A DNA stretch of 63,795 bases, filler included, from Licmophora abbreviata (Eukaryota), in assembly GCA_900291995.1 (NCBI GenBank). It is 15 parts of 15 records of this genome, joined end to end, with 100 filler letters (N's around TTAATTAATTAA, not from the genome) between each part and the next. Parts side by side here need not be neighbours in the genome. Positions count along the whole stretch, not along the records: positions 56,764 to 60,476 come from OLMU01000846.1; positions 60,577 to 62,089 come from OLMU01000847.1; positions 62,190 to 63,795 come from OLMU01000853.1; 12 more parts are not named here. The stretch is one strand, 5' to 3'. Both the position numbers and the translations under genes were made by a program. Positions 57,066-63,795 of this stretch are shown piece by piece. The notes under the pieces were generated by a model. The model searched no databases. It saw only the letters and a list, made by a program, of their open reading frames with translations, and was not told where the DNA came from. Each line of letters starts with the position of its first letter. Position 1 is the first letter of the stretch.

Positions 57066-60053
57066 ATGACTTCCGAATCGACCTTGTACATTTTGTACGG
57101 CTCTGCGACTGGAAATGCAGAGCAAATAGCCAAAGACCTCGCTGCACAGAAATTGCCGTCTCCTGGTGGCTTTGAAAAGGTCGTGTGTGAACCCTTGGAA
57201 AAGTACAGGAAGTACAGTGATGCGTGGCTCACTGCACCTGTCTCTAGCAATCAGTCAAAACATGGATTGATATTGGTCGCATCGACCACCGGAAATGGCG
57301 ACGCACCGGAGAACGCGTCGCGCTTTGTTCGATACATCAAGCGCAAGAGTACAATCGAGACCATGCCGTTTCAGCACTGTGCATTTGCCGTGTTAGGACT
57401 GGGCGATACGAATTACGATCAGTTTTGTGCGACGGGCAAGGCTCTGGACAAGAAGGTGGCGGAACTGGGTGGAACGCGTGCGCAAGCGCTAGGAATGGCA
57501 GACGAAGGGACCGGACTCGAAGATGTTGTTGATCCATGGGTCGGCTGTGTCCTGGCAGAAGTGACGAAGGCATGCTTCGACAATGCCCATGCACCACTTG
57601 CACCACTGGACGAACCACCTGTGGGCGTCACTCCGACTCACCCAGCCACTGCACCAGTGGAGGTGCCGTCTCAGTCGTCGACGCCGCTCTGTATTTTGTA
57701 CGGCTCGGCCACGGGGAACGCCGAGCACATTGCCAAGGATCTGGCCTCGACATACGAGTCGCTCTTGAACAATCCTGACGCAAAATGCTTCTTTCCTGAT
57801 GTCGTCTGTTGCGAACTAGATCAATGGAAAAAGAACTGTGCGACGCATTGGGAGGTCGAGCCACCATCGCCTACCAAGCATGGCATCATTATCATTACAT
57901 CCACGACAGGCAATGGTGATCCGCCAGAAAATGCGTCTCGCTTTGTAAGATACTTGAAACGCAAGTCGACAGCGCCGACTATGCCGTTCCGCCATTGTAC
58001 GTTTGCTGTGCTAGGACTGGGTGATACCAACTATGACAAGTTTGGAGAAACGGGGCGTACCATCGATAAGAAGCTGCCGGAGCTTGGAGGCGTGAGTGCC
58101 AAGGCGTTGGCGATTGCGGACGAAGCGACAGGATTGGAAGATGTCGTGGAACCATGGACACAGTCAGTTTTTGTAGATATCACCAAGGCATGTCAGGGTG
58201 GAGTAGGAACAGCGGCACCCGCGTTTGTGTCACTATCGACGGACTCCGCCAAGGCAGAGATGCACAGCGAAGAGAAGAAGGTGGACGCGTTGGATAGCGT
58301 CACGACACCAGCTGCTACCTCGTTTGCTCCTGGAGTAGTCATTGCACGCTCACTGCTACAGATATCTTCATCGACGTCACTTCCTTGTGTCGAACATGCC
58401 TGTCTACCACCACTTGGAACGAGTTTGTCATCGTGCCAGTTCATTGGCGACGAGGATCCCGAGCGGTCTCGTTCACGAGGCATGTCGCTAGCAGAAATGG
58501 ATCGCATGACGGTATCGAGTTCCAGTACGACAGCGATTCATTACACCATGACACATCCATTTGACGCTAAGATTGTAAACGCCACATACTTGACGGCAAC
58601 GAGTAAGGATGCTGCAGCCGCTGTGAGCGATCTGCTTGGTGATAGCATCGTGGACGATGACTTACTGGTAAGGTCGATGAACGTGTACGCAGATTGTTTT
58701 CCTCTCGTATCCACTGAAATAGAGGACGACGGTGTTTGTGAACGAAATGGCAAGCGAGTCATCGAAATGTCGCTTGCCCTGCCTGACGATTTTTCGCTCG
58801 AGTACCAACCAGGCGACTCGCTGGGGATTGTCGTTCCCAATACCCCCCAAGCTGTTCGATTCATCTTGGACATGCTGCACGAGAAACACCAAGTGCCTCC
58901 GACGCAGAAGATCTCCATCGACTCGAATCATCCGATTTCCGTGGAAGAGGCGGTTAGGACCTGTATCGATTTATGTTCGCCGGTCAAGTCGAAACGCATT
59001 CTACATTCGTTGTCGCAGTTTGCGACTGACCCGGAGGAAGAAATGGTATTGAGACTGCTGGCTAGCAAGACACCGCAGGGTGAAGAGTTGTTTTGCAAGT
59101 TCGTTGACGAACAGCGTCTAACCGTTGTGGATGTGCTGAAAGAGTTTCCATCGTGCCAGTCGATTCCTTTGGAAGGTATTTTTGGCATTCTCCCAGGAAT
59201 CCCTCCTCGGTACTACTCGGTCAGCTCTAGTCCTCTTGACGACCGGCATGGCTCCTTGTGTCTAACTGTGACGTTTTCGGTCGTCGACTACGTTACATCG
59301 TCGTTGATGCTGTCCGCAAGCCAACAAGAAGTCGGACGTCGCCGCATCGGTGGTGTCGCCACTCGCTACTTGGAAGTTTTATGTGCTCCCTTCTTATGTC
59401 AGCCTCACGCGCTGCATCATACCAAGCCATCGTCTCCCGCGACGCTTCCCATCTTCCCCAAGCCCACCAAGGAGTTTCAGTTGCCCGCATCTTTGTCGAC
59501 TCCCATTATTCTCATTGGCCCCGGAACTGGTGTGGCTCCGTTCATGGGCTTTCTTCGCCACAGGCAGGCGCAATCTATGCTATCGAAAAAGGTTGCAAAT
59601 ACTGTTGTGGAAGGCACGTGGCGCGGCGACTACGAACTACAAGAGAATGAGCTGTCTGGTGACGTGTCAGGTTTGGCGGGCAGCCGCAACCACACACCAG
59701 GAAAGGCCAAGCTGTTTTTTGGATGCAGGTATGCCGATCACGATTGGCTTTATAAGGACGAAATGCTAGAACTCGAGAAGCAGGACAAGATCGAATTGCA
59801 CACAGCTTTCTCGCGACAGCCGCTCCCCAAGCAGTACGTTCAAGACCGCATGCGACAAGACAAGGAAATGCTGGCCGACTGGATTGTCAAGGACGACGCA
59901 TGCGTTTACATCTGCGGAGATGGCAACCACATGGCAAAGGACGTTCAAGCGGCAATGGTGGACGTTCTGACGGGGCACGTGGAGAACCCCGAGGAGCACT
60001 TGACCAAGATGAAGGAAGAGAACAAGTTTGTGATGGATATTTGGACGAGCTAA
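57066..60053 (+). CDS. Diflavin reductase (methionine synthase reductase/CPR-like) with two tandem flavodoxin domains
   Basis: ILYGSATGNAE..STTGNGD.PENA..LGLGDTNYD occurs twice; YQPGDS, PRYYSVSS, GVAT, IGPGTGVAPF, YICGDG..MAKDV, DIW. Confidence 0.88.
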   Translation: MTSESTLYILYGSATGNAEQIAKDLAAQKLPSPGGFEKVVCEPLEKYRKYSDAWLTAPVSSNQSKHGLILVASTTGNGDAPENASRFVRYIKRKSTIETMPFQHCAFAVLGLGDTNYDQFCATGKALDKKVAELGGTRAQALGMADEGTGLEDVVDPWVGCVLAEVTKACFDNAHAPLAPLDEPPVGVTPTHPATAPVEVPSQSSTPLCILYGSATGNAEHIAKDLASTYESLLNNPDAKCFFPDVVCCELDQWKKNCATHWEVEPPSPTKHGIIIITSTTGNGDPPENASRFVRYLKRKSTAPTMPFRHCTFAVLGLGDTNYDKFGETGRTIDKKLPELGGVSAKALAIADEATGLEDVVEPWTQSVFVDITKACQGGVGTAAPAFVSLSTDSAKAEMHSEEKKVDALDSVTTPAATSFAPGVVIARSLLQISSSTSLPCVEHACLPPLGTSLSSCQFIGDEDPERSRSRGMSLAEMDRMTVSSSSTTAIHYTMTHPFDAKIVNATYLTATSKDAAAAVSDLLGDSIVDDDLLVRSMNVYADCFPLVSTEIEDDGVCERNGKRVIEMSLALPDDFSLEYQPGDSLGIVVPNTPQAVRFILDMLHEKHQVPPTQKISIDSNHPISVEEAVRTCIDLCSPVKSKRILHSLSQFATDPEEEMVLRLLASKTPQGEELFCKFVDEQRLTVVDVLKEFPSCQSIPLEGIFGILPGIPPRYYSVSSSPLDDRHGSLCLTVTFSVVDYVTSSLMLSASQQEVGRRRIGGVATRYLEVLCAPFLCQPHALHHTKPSSPATLPIFPKPTKEFQLPASLSTPIILIGPGTGVAPFMGFLRHRQAQSMLSKKVANTVVEGTWRGDYELQENELSGDVSGLAGSRNHTPGKAKLFFGCRYADHDWLYKDEMLELEKQDKIELHTAFSRQPLPKQYVQDRMRQDKEMLADWIVKDDACVYICGDGNHMAKDVQAAMVDVLTGHVENPEEHLTKMKEENKFVMDIWTS

Positions 60054-60127
60054 GTCTACTAGAGTTAAAGAGAGTAGATAGAATTTGCATATGCTAAACC
60101 CAGCTTACAAACGATATCGTTCACTCA

Positions 60128-60636
60128 TCACAGCACCTCATGATCGGGCGCTCCCTTGTCATTGATCGTTTTCCATTCCACGCCCTCGGTCTGTTTGGTC
60201 AAGCAAACGATGAGCCGGTGCGTCTTCTTCTTGACTGTCGCCTTGGTAATGGGCGCAGTTAGCTTACCAAAACTCAGACACTGCGGTTCCTCTTTGTAGT
60301 TTCGTACGATCAGACAGAGGGACGTTTCCGTAAAGTCCAAAGTAATATCCCCGTCTTGGCATCGTTCCCCGACTGCTTCCATGTCGACGTAAAGCTTGAC
60401 AGTCTTGTCGTCGTCAAGAAAGGCATACTTGTTAATGGTACTCTTTGAGTACTCGAAAGCGTGTCTATTTCCTTGTNNNNNNNNNNNNNNNNNNNNNNNN
60501 NNNNNNNNNNNNNNNNNNNNTTAATTAATTAANNNNNNNNNNNNNNNNNNNNNNNNNNNNNNNNNNNNNNNNNNNNCTCCAAATTGTCTTGCAGCGCTGA
60601 AGTCCGGACTGAGGCTTCGGGGGTAGATTCCGACAT
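60128..60636 (-). CDS. CS (p23-like) domain co-chaperone, CacyBP/SIP-like, split by linker 60477-60576
   Basis: INKYAFLDDDKTVKLYVD..LIVCLTK..W; upstream piece MSESTPEASVRTSALQDNLE. Confidence 0.7.
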
Positions 60637-60903
60637 GGTGCCACGAAACGAAGGACAAGAGCAGGTTCAAGGTGGAAATGCCATGGAGGCTCTTCGAATT
60701 CAGAGTGCGACCTATATCCTATACATCGATTTTCTCACAAGAGAGAATTTGCGCGCGCCAAGCGTCTGTACGTCGTCTCACAGTCATTCTCTTGTGGCAT
60801 TCTCCTGTATCGCCAAAATGTCAATCGTGTCCAACGCTCGAGGCATTCCGCCAAAGCACGAGGACAGTCTCTTCTAAATTTCGACAGCCACACGATCTCG
60901 ACC

Positions 60904-61922
60904 ATGACGCTCTTGGGAGTCCCCGATTTCAGCACTGGCTCTGCCGCAAAGCCGTCTGAGACTACAGATGCGGGCGTTGATATGTCTCTTGGTACGTAAA
61001 ACGGAAAATGATGTGAATTGGAATGAAGCAGCGAGAATAATAAGTCGCGAAAGTCTCAGTCACGGAGCTCGCTAAATCCTGGAGGGCATCTTGTGTGGGT
61101 TCTACGTGATTTTGTACCAGAAGTTTCGCATTTCAGGATTGAGAATCCAGCTGCGGTGTCGACACAATGACCAGCGATGATGGATCGATGGTGCTTCTTA
61201 TTTGCCATACTCTGGTCGGAGACAGTGTTATAATCGTGCGAATCTCTCGTCTTACCAGCGCTTCCCTCTTCTCTCGCAACACAGACGACATGATCAAGAA
61301 TCGACGCAGTAAGGATCAGCGCCCGGCTCGTCGTGCTACTGCCGGTGCCTCCAGCCGTCGCAACACTCGCACGACCGCTGCAGATCGCGCCATTGGTACG
61401 TCCAAGGCCAAACGCGAAGCCATGGTGAACTTTCGTCGCGGACGCACCCCCAACAACAAGCCCACCTCCATGGAGATTGAACGCGAAGTCTATCGTCAGA
61501 CACGCAAAACTGTCAAGATGCAGCAGAACAATAAAGCAGGAGAAAAGAAGGATACCCCGAAAAAAGGAGCAGCTCGTCCAGCAAAGCGTGCTGCCGATGT
61601 CAAGGCCAAGGCCAAGATGACGAAACAACGCAAGACACAGGCCAAGCAAAAGCAGCAGGGCCCTCCTTCGAAAACTGCGGTCAAGGCGGCTGTGCAGGCC
61701 ATGAGTCAGAAAGGATTCAACATTCCAAATGGTATGCAAATGGTCATTTCATTTGCACCCGCACCAAAACCTAAGTCAACAAAGGACGCTCCCAAACACC
61801 AAAAGAAATCGGGGGGAAAGGGCAAGGGGAGCGGGAATAAGCCAAAGGCATCTGGCCAAGGAAATGCTGGGAGAAACAACGCCGGTACGGGCAACCGTCG
61901 TAGTGCGAGAAACCGCAAATAA
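60904..61922 (+). CDS. Basic K/R/G-rich protein with a UAP56-binding-like motif (ALYREF/UIF-like); exons 60904-60991, 61285-61922
   Basis: Removing the GT-AG intron 60992-61284 yields VDMSLDDMIKNRR; highly basic, no RRM visible. Confidence 0.72.
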
Positions 61923-63147
61923 GGAGTGAGCTGATGTATTGGAGGGCGGTCACTTGTTTGTGGACCTACAGCAATGGCTACATATGCTTGCCTGGGCGAG
62001 ATTGTAATATGCATCAATATGATTTGGTTTGACGTCGAGAAAAGAAAACGCAAGTGGCGACGTATCTCTGCCTCGAAGGCGCGTCGTCGNNNNNNNNNNN
62101 NNNNNNNNNNNNNNNNNNNNNNNNNNNNNNNNNTTAATTAATTAANNNNNNNNNNNNNNNNNNNNNNNNNNNNNNNNNNNNNNNNNNNNGCAACCGCAGC
62201 GACATGTCTCGATGATACCGGCCGGTTTCGATTCCCTGGCATTCTCAGTTCAGGCTCGTCATGGTCGGATCGACGCTTCTTCCTTGCTGTCTGGTAATCG
62301 CCCTACGAGAGTCAGAGAGTCCCCTGCCATCGTCGTCGTCGCAGACAGTTGAAATGGGATGGAGTGTGTAGTTGGATCGCCTTCACCCATCATCAGTTTG
62401 GGTGGCTCCAGTTTTGGCGGGAAATTGGTTTTGAGCCGATGCCAGGCATCCCATTCGCCCGCTCGCGCGCCGGGCGGCCTTTCGAGCTCTCTCGCTTCTT
62501 CCAATCTTTTTCCCGCAGGTATGATACCAGGTACCCTGTACTGCTTTGGTCCTTCTGTATCACTTTCTTTGACTTTTCTTCCGTGGTATCACCAGGTGGT
62601 AGAAGGCATGCTTCTGCTCTGGATGTGGGTGGATCGTGCAAGGATCGGTGTGTTAATGGGCAGGGATAATCAGCCCACAGAAGGAGAAGGAAAGCCAGCT
62701 CCGCCGTTGCGACTTGGTGGCCGTAGCCCTAGATCATCTTGGGCCAGTCCTTACTTTCAAATAGCCACCGTCCTCGCAGTGTACTGTATATAACACCCAA
62801 ATTTGCTCAGGTACGTTGCAGTCTTGTACGCTCCGTCTACTGGGCCTTTGACCTAGCTAGTCGCTCCGACCCATTTGGCTGACAGACCGTTGCTGTCCCT
62901 ATCGATCGCCTTTATGGCATGTATGATAGACTGGGTGAGACAACGCAATCAAGCCTTTAGATTGAACAGTGAATCAGGTGCGATTGTAACTTTAAAAGCA
63001 ACTACGTCGTAGCATCGGCATAGCAGGGCTCGAGGGAAACATTCGCGTTCGACGTGAGCATCACAACTCGGATCACAGTTCCTTCCCGACGATGAATACA
63101 GTTGTACAGAACTTTTACTCCGATCTCCTGTGACCTTCGTTCGTTTC

Positions 63148-63486
63148 TCACATGGGCATGATGGTGTAGGTCTGTGTCTCTACTTGTGAAATACCGGGCG
63201 TCGCCTTGAGTTTCGCCAAGACCTGCGCTTCAGGTGCGAACTTGTCCGAATCCCAGTCACCAAAGGATGACGCGGACAGAGAAGTGACAATTTTGAAGTC
63301 CAAGCATCCTCCGCAGACAATGCGCTGCACCTTGACTCCCTCTTTCAGAGTTTTGAGCTGTGGTAAGACCTCGTCCAGGATCTTCTGCGCTTCGACCAGA
63401 GATTTCTTATCATCATCCATGGACCACTTGCATCGCCACTCTCGAGCAATCGTATCGAAGTCTACCCCTTCAGCAATGGAACCCAT
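63148..63486 (-). CDS. Small hypothetical protein (112 aa) with a CGGC motif
   Basis: Clean ORF MGSIAEGVDFDTIAREWRCKWS..VQRIVCGGCLDFK..VETQTYT with globular-protein composition. Confidence 0.75.
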   Translation of the reverse strand: MGSIAEGVDFDTIAREWRCKWSMDDDKKSLVEAQKILDEVLPQLKTLKEGVKVQRIVCGGCLDFKIVTSLSASSFGDWDSDKFAPEAQVLAKLKATPGISQVETQTYTIMPM

Positions 63487-63795
63487 GAACCTAAATAATG
63501 ACAAGGACGGGAGAGCAAAGAGCAGCGGGCATTCCGTGGTTGGTGGTGGTGCAAGCGAAGATTGCTTGATGCTGCACACTGCACTGTTCACCGGCAGACA
63601 GAGAAGATTGGATCTTTGATCCTTGTTCGTACCTCTTCGCTTGCGTTCCAACTACTCCTGCGTTCGTCGATACATGCGGCAGCCTTGGTGCCATGGATAG
63701 AACGGATCGGCTTTGGGGGGCGGCGCTGCGGGCGAACCGTACGGCGACGACGGGAGTCATGGTGCTGCTGCGCTTTTAGTTAGGCGGCGATTGTA

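Noticed and set aside
62190..63100. Short ORFs on both strands after the last linker
   Set aside because: No motif or coherent exon chain; left unannotated

Overview
Compact, intron-containing eukaryotic nuclear DNA (about 50% GC, short GT-AG introns, intergenic spacers mostly under 1 kb), almost certainly from a diatom. The evidence is many bipartite signal+'F' plastid presequences and a frustulin-type Cys-rich domain. The window is a scaffold of contigs joined by 14 artificial 100-nt linkers (44 N + TTAATTAATTAA + 44 N); several linkers interrupt genes, and two join contigs that actually overlap. I can support 34 protein genes, including aminopeptidase P, RNase H1, UBA2, a divergent beta-tubulin, HSF, CYP97, CAX, ELP5, DNLZ, PGR5, plastid RimP, an MTRR-like reductase and PPR/OPR-like proteins. 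The most interesting items are: a secreted frustulin-domain/glycerophosphodiester phosphodiesterase fusion; a DUF6625 + GT49-like glycosyltransferase fusion; a DUF3593-Ycf49-DUF1279-like plastid membrane fusion; a bacterial-type SMR transporter with a signal+LRGG leader; a diflavin reductase with two flavodoxin domains; and an H/ACA-like structure in an oversized intron. Three apparent frameshifts fall in homopolymers and are probably sequencing errors. I recognised no rRNA, tRNA, CRISPR array or transposon. All family assignments come from motif recognition by eye, not database searches.
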